Shown here piece by piece: positions 33,101 to 44,054 of a stretch of 64,000 nt of DNA. Positions within the stretch are counted from its first letter, which is position 1, and each line of letters begins with the position of its first letter. Both the position numbers and the translations under genes were made by a program. The notes beneath the pieces were generated by a model. That model saw only the letters and a list, made by a program, of their open reading frames with translations, had not been told where the DNA came from and ran no database searches. The stretch lies in the NCBI RefSeq assembly GCF_988243305.1, contig NZ_OZ547136.1; one strand, written 5' to 3'.

Positions 33101-33730
33101 ACTGATGGTGTGCAAGCGCTACACAAAGTCAGTATGCAACATTATGATCTGCTTATTACTGACGTTAATATGCCGAATATGGATGGTTTTGAGTTGACTC
33201 GCAAACTCCGTGAGCAAAATTCTTCCTTACCCATCTGGGGGCTTACAGCCAACGCACAGGCTAACGAACGTGAAAAAGGGTTAAATTGCGGCATGAACTT
33301 ATGTTTGTTCAAACCGTTGACCCTGGATGTACTGAAAACACATTTAAGTCAGTTACACCAGGTTGCGCCTATTGCACCTCAGTATCGCCACCTTGATATC
33401 GAGGCCCTGAAAAATAATACGGCGAACGATCTACAACTGATGCAGGAGATTCTCATGACTTTCCAGCATGAAACGCATAAAGATCTACCCGCTGCGTTTC
33501 ATGCACTAGAAGCTGGCGACAACAGAACTTTCCATCAGTGTATTCATCGCATCCACGGTGCAGCTAACATCCTGAATTTGCAAAAGTTGATTAATCTTAG
33601 CCATCAGTTAGAAATAACACCTGTTTCAGATGACAGTAAGCCTGAAATTCTTCAGCTGCTGAACTCTGTTAAAGAACACATTGCAGAGCTGGACCAGGAG
33701 ATAGCTGTTTTCTGTCAACAAAATGACTAA
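30137..33730 (+). CDS. evgS: Hybrid sensor histidine kinase EvgS (periplasmic binding domains, HisKA/HATPase, receiver, HPt)
   Basis: 1197-aa ORF; H-box MSHEIRTP, receiver (ILIADDHPTNRLLLKRQL) and C-terminal HPt region. Confidence 0.95.
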   Translation: MKFLPYIILLCCGLWSTISFADEDYIEYRGISSNNRVTLDPLRLSNKELRWLASKKNLVIAVHKSQTATLLHTDSQQRVRGINADYLNLLKRALNIKLTLREYADHQKAMDALTEGEVDIVLSHLVASPPLNDDIAATKPLIITFPALVTTLHDSMRPLTSSKPVNIARVANYPPDEVIHQSFPKATIISFTNLYQALASVSAGQNDYFIGSNIITSSMISRYFTHSLNVVKYYNSPRQYNFFLTRKDSVVLNEVLNRFVDALTNEVRYEVSQNWLDTGNLAFLNKPLELTEHEKQWIKQHPDLKVLENPYSPPYSMTDETGSVRGVMGDILNIITLQTGLNFSPITVSHNIHAGTQLNPGGWDILPAAIYSEDRENNVLFAEAFITTPYVFVMQKAPDSEQTLKKGMKVAIPYYYELHSQLKEMYPEVEWIKVDNASAAFHKVKEGELDALVATQLNSRYMIDHYYPNELYHFLIPGVPNASLSFAFPRGEPELKDIINKALNAIPPSEVLRLTEKWIKMPNVTIDTWDLYSEQFYIVTTLSVLLVGSSLLWGFYLLRSVRRRKVIQGDLENQISFRKALSDSLPNPTYVVNWQGNVISHNSAFEHYFTADYYKNAMLPLENSDSPFKDVFSNAHEVTAETKENRTIYTQVFEIDNGIEKRCINHWHTLCNLPASDHAVYICGWQDITETRDLIHALEVERNKAINATVAKSQFLATMSHEIRTPISSIMGFLELLSGSGLSKEQRVEAISLAYATGQSLLGLIGEILDVDKIESGNYQLQPQWVDIPTLVQNTCHSFGAIAASKSIALSCSSTFPEHYLVKIDPQAFKQVLSNLLSNALKFTTEGAVKITTSLVNIDDNHAVIKMTIMDSGSGLSQEEQQQLFKRYSQTSAGRQQTGSGLGLMICKELIKNMQGDLSLESHPGIGTTFTITIPVEITQQVATVEAKAEQPMTLPEKLSILIADDHPTNRLLLKRQLNLLGYDVDEATDGVQALHKVSMQHYDLLITDVNMPNMDGFELTRKLREQNSSLPIWGLTANAQANEREKGLNCGMNLCLFKPLTLDVLKTHLSQLHQVAPIAPQYRHLDIEALKNNTANDLQLMQEILMTFQHETHKDLPAAFHALEAGDNRTFHQCIHRIHGAANILNLQKLINLSHQLEITPVSDDSKPEILQLLNSVKEHIAELDQEIAVFCQQND

Positions 33731-33736
33731 ATAGCG

Positions 33737-33770
33737 GCTCCCACAATATTCAAATGTGGGAGCTATTTAC
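33737..33770. terminator. Bidirectional terminator between evgS and yfdE
   Basis: GCTCCCACA atattcaaa TGTGGGAGC perfect 9-bp inverted repeat followed by TATTT. Confidence 0.6.
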
Positions 33771-33785
33771 CAGCACATCTTACAT

Positions 33786-34931
33786 TTATGATGAGAACTC
33801 CTGGCGAATTTGTTCCCCATGTTGGTCGAGCGTTGCCGCTCCCGGCATAACATGCGGGTCCGCGCAGCCGCTGATTTTTATCGGATTACCTGGCATCATT
33901 ATTCCCCCGGCTTCAATCAACATATTTCTCGCCTGAGTTTGTGGCAAATTAATGGCCTCAGCCACACTTAATAACGGCGCGACGGGCACACCAACTTCAT
34001 GTATTTTGGCTAACCAAACTTCAGCTGCCTGCGTTTTTAACGTTCGCTCAATATATTGTTTAAGAATAGCCTGGTTTTGTACGCGTAAAATATTGCTGCT
34101 AAATCGGGGATCATTAACCAGTTCCGTAAGCTCCAGTGCCTGGCATAACGCAGAAAAAAGCTTGTCATTACCACAACAAATAGTAATCGGCTTATCCTGA
34201 GTATCAAAAACATCAAAAGGTGCCATGTAGGGATGGCGATTTCCCAGGCGTTGTGGTGACTTCCCTGTCGCAATATATGCCATCAGACCATGCTCCAGAA
34301 AACTCAGCGTGGCATCAAACATCGCTATATCGACATGCGCCCCTCTCTGGCTCTTTTCGCGGCCATAAAGTGCACTCACTATTCCGCTGAATAAATAGAC
34401 ACCGCCACATAAATCCGCAAGAGAGGTACCCACGCGCACTGGCGGAGCATCAGGGTACCCTGTTTCCATCATTATCCCGCTCATTGCCTGAATGATGGTA
34501 TCGTAGGCTGGAGCATCTTTTAGCGGGCCGGTATGCCCAAAACCTGACGATGAAGCATATATGAGACGCGGGTTGATTTCTTGTAGCGTTTCCCATGAAA
34601 ACCCCAGTTTTTCCATTGTACCTGGGCGAAAATTCTCAGCTAATACATCAGCTTGTTTAAGCATATTTATAAATATACTTTTATCGTGATCATTCTTTAA
34701 ATCAAGAACCACACTCTCTTTGCCATGATTAATAAAACTGTAATAGAGTGACTGTCCATCCACATAGGGACCAAATGTGCGGGTATCATCACCATGACCC
34801 GGCGGCTCAACTTTAATTACCCTTGCGCCCATATTACAAAGAAGTTGAGTTCCGAAAGGTCCATTAAGGACATGTGTCATATCGATAACTAATAAGCCTT
34901 CAAACGGCCCTTTGCATTCATTATTTGTCAT
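33786..34931 (-). CDS. yfdE: Family III CoA-transferase YfdE (acetyl-CoA:oxalate CoA-transferase)
   Basis: CaiB/BaiF-family ORF; start placed at MTNNECKGPFEGLLVIDMTH... inside the 394-aa track ORF. Confidence 0.9.
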   Translation of the reverse strand: MTNNECKGPFEGLLVIDMTHVLNGPFGTQLLCNMGARVIKVEPPGHGDDTRTFGPYVDGQSLYYSFINHGKESVVLDLKNDHDKSIFINMLKQADVLAENFRPGTMEKLGFSWETLQEINPRLIYASSSGFGHTGPLKDAPAYDTIIQAMSGIMMETGYPDAPPVRVGTSLADLCGGVYLFSGIVSALYGREKSQRGAHVDIAMFDATLSFLEHGLMAYIATGKSPQRLGNRHPYMAPFDVFDTQDKPITICCGNDKLFSALCQALELTELVNDPRFSSNILRVQNQAILKQYIERTLKTQAAEVWLAKIHEVGVPVAPLLSVAEAINLPQTQARNMLIEAGGIMMPGNPIKISGCADPHVMPGAATLDQHGEQIRQEFSS

Positions 34932-35004
34932 TTGCTTATGCCTTGAAAAAAGCCGAAGGTGAAAAGACACTTCGGCATTTATGTAAAATCAATAACATGA
35001 TTAA

Positions 35005-35949
35005 TTATGAAACCAGTCGACTGACATAAATCCACAAAGGAGCCGTGACGACAAAGCCCAGTACGCTCACAGCCAATGATGCTGTACCAGTGCGGGTGTA
35101 GACATTAAACCGGCTGGCAATAATGATTCCGGAGAATGCCGGCGGTAAGGCGCCTGCCAGTACCATCATCTGCAAATGTTCGCTGTTCAAATGACATGCC
35201 ATACCCACGAGAAGCAGCGCCAGTGGCATCAGAATCAGCTTCAGGAAGGTGTTATAAGCAATTTCAGCACTGAACTCGAATTTATGTGCAGCCAGAGTCA
35301 ACCCCGCAGCGAATACCGCTACCCCTGAGTTAGCCTTCGCAATCAGATTAAAGGTTGGGTCCCATGCTGCCGGAATTTTTACCCCAACCAACACCAGGAT
35401 CGTTGCCAGAACAGGTGCCCATACTACTGGCTCCTTTGCCGCAGAAATTAATGCGCTCAGATTACTATTCTTCTTACCATCTGCTCCTGAGGAAGGATTC
35501 AGCAAATACAGACCAATAGGAATAGTAATTGCGTTAACAATAATAGAAATAATTGCTACAACTAAACCTGTTGATACGGAATCACCATAAATAGGATCGA
35601 GAACTGCAAATCCCAGGAATCCGATGGTAGGTGAACCTGCAATTAATGCACATACTGCTGCTTCTGCATGAGTACGTTTAAAAAATTTGTAGCAACCAAA
35701 CCAGGAGAAAAAGAAACATCCGACAATAACCACAAGTGATACAAGGGTCAGGCGAGTGTCCGCAAAAATCATTTCCCTGTTTGCCCGGGTAATAGAAACA
35801 AATAGGGCCGCAGGAAGAGCGTAGTTTAATACCAGTTTATTAAATGCCCGGGCTTGATCTTCTGAAAAAGTTTCTCGTCTGCCGCTAAAATAACCCAACA
35901 GCATGATTACGATAATAGGCAATAAATCGCCAATAAAAAATGTTAGCAT
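35005..35949 (-). CDS. yfdV: AEC-family transporter YfdV
   Basis: 314-aa polytopic membrane ORF; position between yfdE and oxc. Confidence 0.9.
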
Positions 35950-36017
35950 AATAGTATTTCCGATAAGGGTCCCCTCACCATCGATAATGAGTTGGCAAGA
36001 GGAGACGATGTCAGTAT

Positions 36018-37712
36018 TTAATTACCAGCGACTTGTTTTGGGTTAAGTTTGGTAATATGGCCACTTTCAGTTCCTGCTGCAGGGTCGATGACCACATTAA
36101 TAATGGTCGGTTTGCGCGACTGAATACCGGTGGTTAAAGCATGACGAAGTTCATCTGTCGTAGTGACGTTATAGCCAACGCCACGAAACGCATCCATTAA
36201 TTTGTCATACCTTGCATGGTGCAATAGATCTGTTGGTGATGGTGCACCAGCGCCACTGAGATCAACACCGTCTCCTCTGTAGATGCCGCCATTATTAAAA
36301 ATAACGATCGTCACCGGCAGGTTATATCGACAAATCGTTTCAATCTCCATCCCACTGAAACCAAAAGCACTATCACCTTCAATGGCGACAACCGGAGAAC
36401 CAGAGGTCACGCTAGCACCGATGGCATAGCCCATACCGATGCCCATGACACCCCAGGTACCACAATCCAGACGGCGACGTGGTTTATACATATCAATAAT
36501 ATTTCGTGCATTATCCAGGGTATTTGCACCTTCATTAACTAAATAAATATCCTGGTTCTCGCGCAATACATCGCGCACAGCACTTAATGCATTAAAGTAA
36601 TTTAATGGTTGAGTATCTGTACTTAATTTTTCATGCATTTTTTGTGCATTTTGCTGCTTGTGGATATTTAAAATATCGCGCCATACCAGTGGAGTCGTAA
36701 ATGTGTTTTGTTTCAGTTCTGCCAGCATACCTTGCATACTGGATGCAATATCGCCAACGACTGGCACAGCAATGGGGCGGTTGCTGTCAATTTCCTGCGG
36801 TTCAATATCCAGTTGAATAAACTGTGTATCTGCCGCCCATCCTTTTTTACCGTGTGCCAGTAACCAATTCAGTCGTGCACCAACAAGCATGACAACGTCA
36901 GCATTTGCCAGGGCAAACGAACGCGCAGTTGCCGCAGAAAGTGGATGTGTATCTTCGAGGATCCCTTTCGCCATAGACATTGGCAGGAATGGAATCTGGG
37001 CACTTTCAATAAATTCACGAAGCTGTTCATCCGCTTGTGAATACGCCGCGCCTTTGCCAAGGATAACTAATGGTCGTTCAGCTTTTGCTAAAAGCGAAAT
37101 TGCGCTAGTGACTGACTTCGGGCATGGCAATAATGCTGGCGACGGATTTTCAACTTTTACAATCGTGGTTAACGCTTCGTCTTTTTCCATCGTCGCGGCC
37201 AGGACATTTGCTGGTAAATCAAGATAAACTCCGCCAGGGCGACCCGATACTGAGACCCGGATAGCGCGTGCCAATGCAATGCCAAGATCCTGCGGCTGAT
37301 TAACGCGAAATGCTGCTTTGGCATACGGTTTTGCCGCATTCATTTGGTCCAGCTCTTCATAATCACCTTGCTGTAGGTCGACGATCGCGCGGTCGCTGGA
37401 GCCGCTAATCATGATCATCGGAAAACCATTTACCGTTGCGTTGGCCAATGCGGTCAAACCATTGAGGAATCCTGGCGCAGACACTGTCAGGCAGATCCCT
37501 GGTTTTTGGGTAAGAAAACCGCTTGCCGCAGCGGCATAGCCTGCCGACTGCTCATGACGAAAACCAATATAACGAATGCCTTCCGCCTGGGCATGGCGTG
37601 CCATATCCGTCACAGGAATACCTACAACACCATAAATAGTGTCAATATTATTCTGTTTTAATGCTTCAACGATGATATGCATACCATCTGTCATTTGAAG
37701 TTGATCTGACAT
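36018..37712 (-). CDS. oxc: Oxalyl-CoA decarboxylase (ThDP-dependent)
   Basis: 564-aa ORF with the ThDP-binding motif region ([31 protein letters not shown]). Confidence 0.95.
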
Positions 37713-37765
37713 GATTAATAACCTCGAAATTTTTATAAATTGGGAGCCAGAAGCCCCCGTTAATA

Positions 37766-39016
37766 TCAGATGGCGTGGTTTTGCTTCATTGCAGCAATTT
37801 CATCGTCGCTATAACCCAGCTCCTGCAATACCACAGCGGTATGTTCACCTAATAGCGGCGCAGCTTTAATATCCGGCGTAAAGGCAGAGAATTTCATTGG
37901 ACAACCAACTGTCAGATATTTTCCACGCAACGGTTGTTCCACTTCAACAACACTGCCACTTTGGCGCAAAGAGGGATCAAGTGAAATTTCTTTCATACTT
38001 AAAACCGGTGCACAAGGAATATCAAACTGAGTCAAATAGGCCACTGCTTCATGTTTATCAATAGTGACAGTGTATTTTTCGATTTCAGCAAAAATATCGA
38101 AAATATGTGGCTGTCGGGCATGGGCTGTACTGTATGCCGGATCGGTAATCCAATCTGGTTTGCCGATGGCTTTACAGGTGTTTTCCCAGTTTTGCTCCTG
38201 AATAGTGAAATAAATATAGGCATTAGGATCGGTTTCCCAGCCTTTACATTTCAGGATCCAGCCAGGCTGACCGCCACCACCCGCATTACCACCGCGGGGA
38301 ACTGCATCACCAAATGTGCCATTCGGATACTGCGGGTATTCTTCCAGATAACCCAATTTATCGAGACGCTGCTGGTCGCGTAATTTCACGCGGCAAAGGT
38401 TCAATACGGCATCCTGCATTGACATGGTGACTCGTTGCCCACGCCCCGTTTTTTCGCGATGCAGCAAAGCAGCAAGTAAACCGATCAGTAAATGCATTCC
38501 GGTGTTGCTGTCACCCAACGCTGCAGCGCTTACCAGCGGCGGACCGTCCCAAAACCCCGTAGTGGATGCCGCGCCACCCGCTGCCTGAGCAACGTTTTCA
38601 TAGGCTTTTACATTCACATAAGGCGAACACTCATCAAACCCTTTGATCGAACCAAAAATCAGACGTGGATTGATTTCTTGAATATGCTCCCAGGTGAAGC
38701 CCATGTGATCAATGGCCCCTGGATGAAAGTTCTCGACTAAGATATCAGCTTCGCGGATCAGCTTTTCCATTACCTCTTTGCCTTCCGCTGTTTTGGTATT
38801 TAATTCAATAGAACGTTTGTTACTGTTAAGCATGGTGAAGTAAAGCGCATCGATATCAGGAATATCTCGCAGCTGGTGACGCGTTACGTCACCAACGCCG
38901 GGACGTTCAATTTTAATGACGTCAGCGCCAAACCAGGCCAGCATTTGAGTACAAGATGGGCCAGATTGCACACCGGTGAAATCGAGAACTTTAATTCCTT
39001 GAAGTGGAGTTGACAT
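37766..39016 (-). CDS. frc: Formyl-CoA:oxalate CoA-transferase
   Basis: 416-aa family III CoA-transferase [43 protein letters not shown]... Confidence 0.95.
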   Translation of the reverse strand: MSTPLQGIKVLDFTGVQSGPSCTQMLAWFGADVIKIERPGVGDVTRHQLRDIPDIDALYFTMLNSNKRSIELNTKTAEGKEVMEKLIREADILVENFHPGAIDHMGFTWEHIQEINPRLIFGSIKGFDECSPYVNVKAYENVAQAAGGAASTTGFWDGPPLVSAAALGDSNTGMHLLIGLLAALLHREKTGRGQRVTMSMQDAVLNLCRVKLRDQQRLDKLGYLEEYPQYPNGTFGDAVPRGGNAGGGGQPGWILKCKGWETDPNAYIYFTIQEQNWENTCKAIGKPDWITDPAYSTAHARQPHIFDIFAEIEKYTVTIDKHEAVAYLTQFDIPCAPVLSMKEISLDPSLRQSGSVVEVEQPLRGKYLTVGCPMKFSAFTPDIKAAPLLGEHTAVVLQELGYSDDEIAAMKQNHAI

Positions 39017-39267
39017 AGCAATACCTATTAGTTAATTAAATATATGTTAATTTAGCGTTTATTTAAGGCATAACGCCCTCTATAAATAATCCGCAAAATA
39101 TCGTCGTAGCTGCACTCGATATTTTTAAATTCCTGTATCAAGTGCTGAAAATCATTTCATCGCCACTTCCAATTCCTTTCTGCATGGTAAGTAGTGAGGA
39201 CGAAAAGAAGAATATGATAAATATTGGTTCGCGGTAATCAGAGAGAGCCGCGACATTTGTGATGTTA

Positions 39268-39285
39268 TTCTTACAACTGTAAGAA
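39268..39285. promoter_or_regulatory. EvgA-box-like perfect inverted repeat upstream of frc
   Basis: TTCTTACAactGTAAGAA: 7-bp perfect inverted repeat arms matching the EvgA box consensus, about 250 bp upstream of the frc start. Confidence 0.5.
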
Positions 39286-39528
39286 GCGCCGGTGATTTAC
39301 AAGTAAGGGTATGATTACGCCTTTTAAAGCGTACCATAAAACATAACATAATAAATGATTTGTGATGACACGGGATTATTGCGGTTTACTTTGAGGAAGA
39401 TAAAATGCGAGTTTATAGAACCGCGAGCGCCAAATAATTTTATGACCACAACCTGTCGTATTGTGGTCATAAAAAATTGTCGGCTGGAGGGAGTTAAATC
39501 CTTTACCTCAATATACTGCCTGTCAGCG

Positions 39529-40161
39529 TTAGTTCACAAACAGTGCTTCGCTATCGACGATGATTCCATCTTCCGCACCTTTAAGCGCCAGGTTTGCCTC
39601 GTAGTATTGCTTTTTATCAAGCAGTTTCTGCGCATCAGCAAGTGCATTACGAGTCTGTTTGAGCGGCATCAGATATTGGTTTTCCATTACGCCAACACCG
39701 GCCAGGCGCAGCTCTTCCATTGCGCCCTTTTTATCCCCTTTCGCCATTTTTTCGTTGGCAATTTTTATCGCGGCTTCTTTTTCGGGTGTCGCTACATAAC
39801 TCTCAGAAATTCCGACAGATGCATTAATGACAATATATTGGTCATCATTGACATTGGTCTTTTTACCTGGCTTAGCGAACTTTGCCCATTCGGTACTGTC
39901 ATCTGACAACAAAGCTGAAGCTTCATTGGTCAGTTCTTTTGCCTTTTCCGGATCGCCATGAAACAGAGCCAAGCGCGCTACCTGCACGTCACGCATCGCA
40001 TATAAACCTTGTTCAGAGATACGCTCTGCTGCTGCCGTTTTCTGGGTTTGCTGAACTTGCTGAGTTTGCTGTTGTGCCGCTACCGGTGCATTATCAGCCG
40101 CCCATACAGTTGAAGATGCCAGAATTGCTGTGACCATCGTAGCCATAATTAAACGTTTCAT
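39529..40161 (-). CDS. yfdX: Periplasmic protein YfdX
   Basis: 210-aa ORF with signal peptide [21 protein letters not shown] and Gln-rich region; first gene of the EvgA-controlled yfdX-frc-oxc-yfdV-yfdE cluster. Confidence 0.9.
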   Translation of the reverse strand: MKRLIMATMVTAILASSTVWAADNAPVAAQQQTQQVQQTQKTAAAERISEQGLYAMRDVQVARLALFHGDPEKAKELTNEASALLSDDSTEWAKFAKPGKKTNVNDDQYIVINASVGISESYVATPEKEAAIKIANEKMAKGDKKGAMEELRLAGVGVMENQYLMPLKQTRNALADAQKLLDKKQYYEANLALKGAEDGIIVDSEALFVN

Positions 40162-40296
40162 ACTTACCTCATTCTTTAACAGTTTTAGAAAACGCCGCCA
40201 TCATATTGGGTGAGCATGAAATGAGAAATCAGAGAGCAACGGTCATTTTGAAAGGGTTATCTTACAGTTGTAGTTATTATCGCAAGAAGTATTTTA

Positions 40297-40314
40297 GTCT
40301 TACAATTGTAGGAA
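40297..40314. promoter_or_regulatory. EvgA-box-like inverted repeat in the yfdX promoter region
   Basis: gTCTTACAatTGTAGGAA matches the EvgA box; a weaker copy, CTTACAgtTGTAG, lies at 40258-40275. Confidence 0.5.
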
Positions 40315-40456
40315 TATGCTTCCTGTCACAGAGAACTATTCTTATATACCAAAAAGAGATGTCATTTATTATATCGATGTAAATACTGATTAATTATATG
40401 TAAATACAGCAATAACGTCGTAGGTTTTCAGTGAACCATTTTCAGGATAACTTTCT

Positions 40457-40732
40457 ATGAAAGTAAACTTAATGCTTTTTAGCTTATTTTTATTGGTCTC
40501 TATTATGGCATGCAATGTTTTTGCATTTTCTATTTCTGGTGGTGGTAGTGAGGCGAGCTATAAAGAGACGGAAAAAACGTCAGCGATGACGACAACTCAC
40601 TCTACAAAATTTCAGCCATCACAGGCGATTTTGTTAAAAATGAGAGAAGATGCGCCACCATTAAACCTCACAGAAGAAATTCCGCCCCCTTTTCCGACAA
40701 AGGCGAATTATCTTATCCATCCTGTGCGATAG
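40457..40732 (+). CDS. ypdI: Small lipoprotein YpdI
   Basis: 91-aa ORF with lipoprotein signal (LLVSIMAC lipobox-like). Confidence 0.85.
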   Translation: MKVNLMLFSLFLLVSIMACNVFAFSISGGGSEASYKETEKTSAMTTTHSTKFQPSQAILLKMREDAPPLNLTEEIPPPFPTKANYLIHPVR

Positions 40733-40808
40733 CGTCTGTCACACGGCAGGTGAACAATCATGTCTGATGCTGATGTGAACACCTGCCCAAATGAGCCATC
40801 CTGACCCA

Positions 40809-41051
40809 CTACCGCCTGCCATATCCCACCATAAAGCGAATCATCAAGCCACAAGCCGGGGCAAGAAACATAAATATCCCCGTCACCAGTTCATTACCGC
40901 CAGTTAACCACATGGTGAAGTAATAAATGAGTGCAGCGAGGATCACCATGCCGAAGAAAGAAGAGACCGCCGATACCACGTTCAGTACCTGACCGATGTA
41001 TCCGCTTACGCAGACAATACACAGGGCGAGAAACATCCATAAATAAATCAT
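40809..41051 (-). CDS. yfdY: Small inner-membrane protein YfdY (DUF2545)
   Basis: 80-aa ORF with two predicted TM helices. Confidence 0.85.
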   Translation of the reverse strand: MIYLWMFLALCIVCVSGYIGQVLNVVSAVSSFFGMVILAALIYYFTMWLTGGNELVTGIFMFLAPACGLMIRFMVGYGRR

Positions 41052-41403
41052 AGCTCAACCTCCTGCCGCGCTAAAAAACCTGTAACTTCAGTCACTTTAA
41101 TAGTAAGACAATCCTTAACCTCTGGCAATTTTTGCTAAGCATCAATGAAAACAGCATGTTAAATGCAAGACTGTTGCGTACGGAAAAATATTTACTTTGC
41201 ACGATTAATAATCAGTAGCTGAAAGCAGTCAGCGAGTGATAAAGTACAGATACCGCATTCATGCTCCTCGTGGTTATGTCCTGACTAGTCTTTACACTCT
41301 TTACAGGAACCATTGTCGTACATGATGGCCTAATCAATTGAGTGTACCGCTGTCGACATGGAATCTTCTGCGATACAACAATTCGTATCTACAGAAGGTA
41401 ACT

Positions 41404-42324
41404 ATGTTTCCAAAATGCAAATTTTCCCGCGAGTTTCTGCATCCTCGCTACTGGCTCACGTGGTTTGGGCTTGGTGTACTCTGGCTTTGGGTACAGCTTC
41501 CTTATCCTGTTCTCTGCTTTCTCGGCACGCGTATTGGCGCAATGGCGCGACCATTCCTGAAACGGCGTGAATCTATCGCCCGTAAAAACCTGGAACTTTG
41601 TTTCCCACAGCATTCTGCGGAAGAACGCGAGAAGATGATTGCCGAAAACTTTCGTTCACTCGGCATGGCGCTGGTAGAAACCGGCATGGCGTGGTTCTGG
41701 CCCGACAGTCGCGTACGTAAATGGTTTGATGTTGAAGGGTTGGATAACCTTAAACGCGCACAAATGCAAAATCGCGGCGTAATGGTTGTCGGCGTCCATT
41801 TTATGTCGCTGGAACTGGGCGGCCGCGTGATGGGACTGTGCCAACCAATGATGGCTACCTATCGTCCACATAATAATCAGCTGATGGAATGGGTGCAGAC
41901 CCGTGGGCGCATGCGCTCTAACAAAGCGATGATCGGCAGAAATAATCTGCGCGGCATTGTCGGTGCACTGAAGAAAGGTGAAGCGGTATGGTTTGCTCCC
42001 GATCAGGATTATGGTCGTAAAGGCAGCTCCTTCGCGCCGTTCTTTGCGGTGGAAAATGTTGCCACAACCAATGGTACGTATGTCCTTTCACGTCTCTCTG
42101 GCGCAGCCATGTTAACCGTAACGATGGTAAGAAAAGCGGATTACAGCGGATATCGTTTGTACATCACCCCAGAGATGGAAGGCTACCCGGCAGATGAAAA
42201 TCAAGCCGCTGCCTATATGAACAAGATTATCGAAAAAGAGATCATGCGCGCACCGGAGCAGTACCTCTGGATCCACCGTCGCTTTAAAACGCGCCCGGTG
42301 GGAGAATCGTCGCTATACATTTAA
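41404..42324 (+). CDS. lpxP: Lipid A palmitoleoyl-ACP acyltransferase LpxP (cold-induced LpxL paralog), 306 aa
   Basis: Start placed at MFPKCKFSREFLHPRYWLTWFGLGVLWLW... inside the 328-aa track ORF; HtrB/LpxL-family features. Confidence 0.92.
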   Translation: MFPKCKFSREFLHPRYWLTWFGLGVLWLWVQLPYPVLCFLGTRIGAMARPFLKRRESIARKNLELCFPQHSAEEREKMIAENFRSLGMALVETGMAWFWPDSRVRKWFDVEGLDNLKRAQMQNRGVMVVGVHFMSLELGGRVMGLCQPMMATYRPHNNQLMEWVQTRGRMRSNKAMIGRNNLRGIVGALKKGEAVWFAPDQDYGRKGSSFAPFFAVENVATTNGTYVLSRLSGAAMLTVTMVRKADYSGYRLYITPEMEGYPADENQAAAYMNKIIEKEIMRAPEQYLWIHRRFKTRPVGESSLYI

Positions 42325-42679
42325 CAAACTGCTCTTACTCTTTCCCTCCTCAAATCAGCCATAATAACCTCATGGTTTTTATGGCTTTTTTCTTAAGGTT
42401 TTTTCCTTCGCTGAATCTCTAATTATTACCGTCAGAAATTAAACTGTCGCCGATATGAGACACCTGTAAGTTACTAAAAGTAAATAAGAAAATGCCTCTT
42501 GTCTCGTTTTAGTTTTAGGCGTACATTAGCGCCGTCTGGAGCAGTTTAGCTCAGAATTCTGGGGTGATGCCCACGGTAAAATACAGGACTTTTAAGGTCG
42601 TTTTGCCCGGTGTCAACTCACTGTATCAGGTGTAATGAAGTCATTCAGGCGTAACAGTAATTACGCGGAGAGATGTAAA

Positions 42680-42751
42680 GTGAAATATTTCTTTATGGGC
42701 ATTTCTTTTATGGTCATCGTTTGGGCCGGTACTTTTGCCCTGATGATCTAA
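42680..42751 (+). CDS. ypdK: 23-aa small membrane protein YpdK (GTG start)
   Basis: GTG AAA TAT TTC TTT ATG GGC ... CTG ATG ATC TAA encodes MKYFFMGISFMVIVWAGTFALMI, recognised as YpdK; preceded by GGAGAG. Confidence 0.6.
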   Translation: MKYFFMGISFMVIVWAGTFALMI

Positions 42752-42771
42752 AAGCAAACTGTGCAATGAAA

Positions 42772-42796
42772 AACAGGAGCCATCTGGCTCCTGTTT
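42772..42796. terminator. Bidirectional rho-independent terminator (ypdK / alaC)
   Basis: ACAGGAGCC atct GGCTCCTGT hairpin; TTTGCATTT on plus and TTTTTCATT on minus. Confidence 0.55.
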
Positions 42797-42815
42797 GCAT
42801 TTCTGGCGATGGTGT

Positions 42816-44054
42816 TTATTCCGCGTTTTCGTGAATATGTTTGCTGCTGGCGGGTAGTAAACCGTCGGCACGGAACATCGCTTTAATTCCACGAATCGCC
42901 TGACGAATACGGTCGCGGTTTTCAATCAGTGCAAAGCGAACATGCGTGTCGCCGTAGTCGCCAAAGCCAATCCCCGGAGAGACACAGACCTTCGCTTCGT
43001 TCAGCAGCTTCTTGGCAAATTCCAGCGAGCCCATGGCAGCATACGGTTCCGGGATTTTCGCCCAGACATACATCGAAGCCTTCGGCATTTCGACCATCCA
43101 GCCCGCTTCATGCAGCCCTTTAACCAGTACATCACGGCGGCGTTTGTACTGTTCGGCAATATCGCGCACGCACTGTTGATCGCCCTCCAGCGCCGCAATC
43201 GCTGCCACCTGCAACGGCGTAAAGGTGCCGTAATCGTGATAGCTTTTAATACGTGCCAGCGCGCTGACCAGCGTTTTGTTGCCAACCATAAAGCCGATAC
43301 GCCAGCCCGCCATGTTGTAGCTTTTCGACAGCGTAAAGAACTCGACCGCCACATCGCGTGCACCCGGCACCTGCATGATTGACGGCGCTTTCCAGCCATC
43401 GTAGACGATATCGGCATAGGCCAGGTCATGGACCACCAGCACATCGTAGCGTTTCGCCAGCGCCACAACCTTCTCAAAGAATTCCAGTTCCACGCATTGC
43501 GCGGTTGGGTTCGACGGGAAGCCGAGGATCATCATCTTCGGTTTCGGATAACTTTCGCGAATGGCGCGTTCCAGTTCGTTGAAGAAATCGACACCTTCCA
43601 CCAGCGGCACTGAGCGTACCTGCGCCCCGGCAATCACCGCGCCGTAAATATGAATCGGGTAGCTTGGATTAGGCACCAGTACAGTGTCACCATGATCCAG
43701 CGTCGCCAGCATCAGATGCGCCAGTCCCTCTTTCGAACCAATGGTGACGATAGCTTCTGATTCCGGGTCGATCTCGACGTCGTAGCGATCCTGATACCAG
43801 TGTGAAATGGCGCGACGTAGCCGCGGAATGCCGCGTGAAGTGGAGTAACCATGCGTGTCCGGGCGCTGGGCCACCGTACATAATTTTTCGACGATGTGCG
43901 GCGGAGTCGCACCGTCCGGGTTACCCATACTGAAATCGATAATATCTTCGCCGCGCCGACGCGCAGCCATTTTCAGTTCAGCGGTAATATTAAAAACGTA
44001 GGGCGGGAGACGATCAATGCGCGTAAAGCGACGTTCAGGGCGAGTGTCAGCCAT
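42816..44054 (-). CDS. alaC: Glutamate-pyruvate aminotransferase AlaC (PLP-dependent class I aminotransferase)
   Basis: 412-aa [25 protein letters not shown]... with the [13 protein letters not shown]-lysine motif. Confidence 0.95.
   Translation of the reverse strand: MADTRPERRFTRIDRLPPYVFNITAELKMAARRRGEDIIDFSMGNPDGATPPHIVEKLCTVAQRPDTHGYSTSRGIPRLRRAISHWYQDRYDVEIDPESEAIVTIGSKEGLAHLMLATLDHGDTVLVPNPSYPIHIYGAVIAGAQVRSVPLVEGVDFFNELERAIRESYPKPKMMILGFPSNPTAQCVELEFFEKVVALAKRYDVLVVHDLAYADIVYDGWKAPSIMQVPGARDVAVEFFTLSKSYNMAGWRIGFMVGNKTLVSALARIKSYHDYGTFTPLQVAAIAALEGDQQCVRDIAEQYKRRRDVLVKGLHEAGWMVEMPKASMYVWAKIPEPYAAMGSLEFAKKLLNEAKVCVSPGIGFGDYGDTHVRFALIENRDRIRQAIRGIKAMFRADGLLPASSKHIHENAE

Noticed and set aside
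39355..39906. 183-aa plus-strand ORF overlapping the 3' part of yfdX antisense
   Set aside because: Overlaps yfdX almost completely on the opposite strand; Cys/Phe-rich nonsense-like translation; no independent support.
42929..43613. Several long ORFs overlapping alaC on both strands (42942..43382, 43001..43477, 43379..43582 and others)
   Set aside because: They lie entirely inside the well-supported alaC coding region, have Arg/Ser/Pro-rich low-complexity translations typical of out-of-frame reading of GC-rich coding DNA, and lack credible start contexts.
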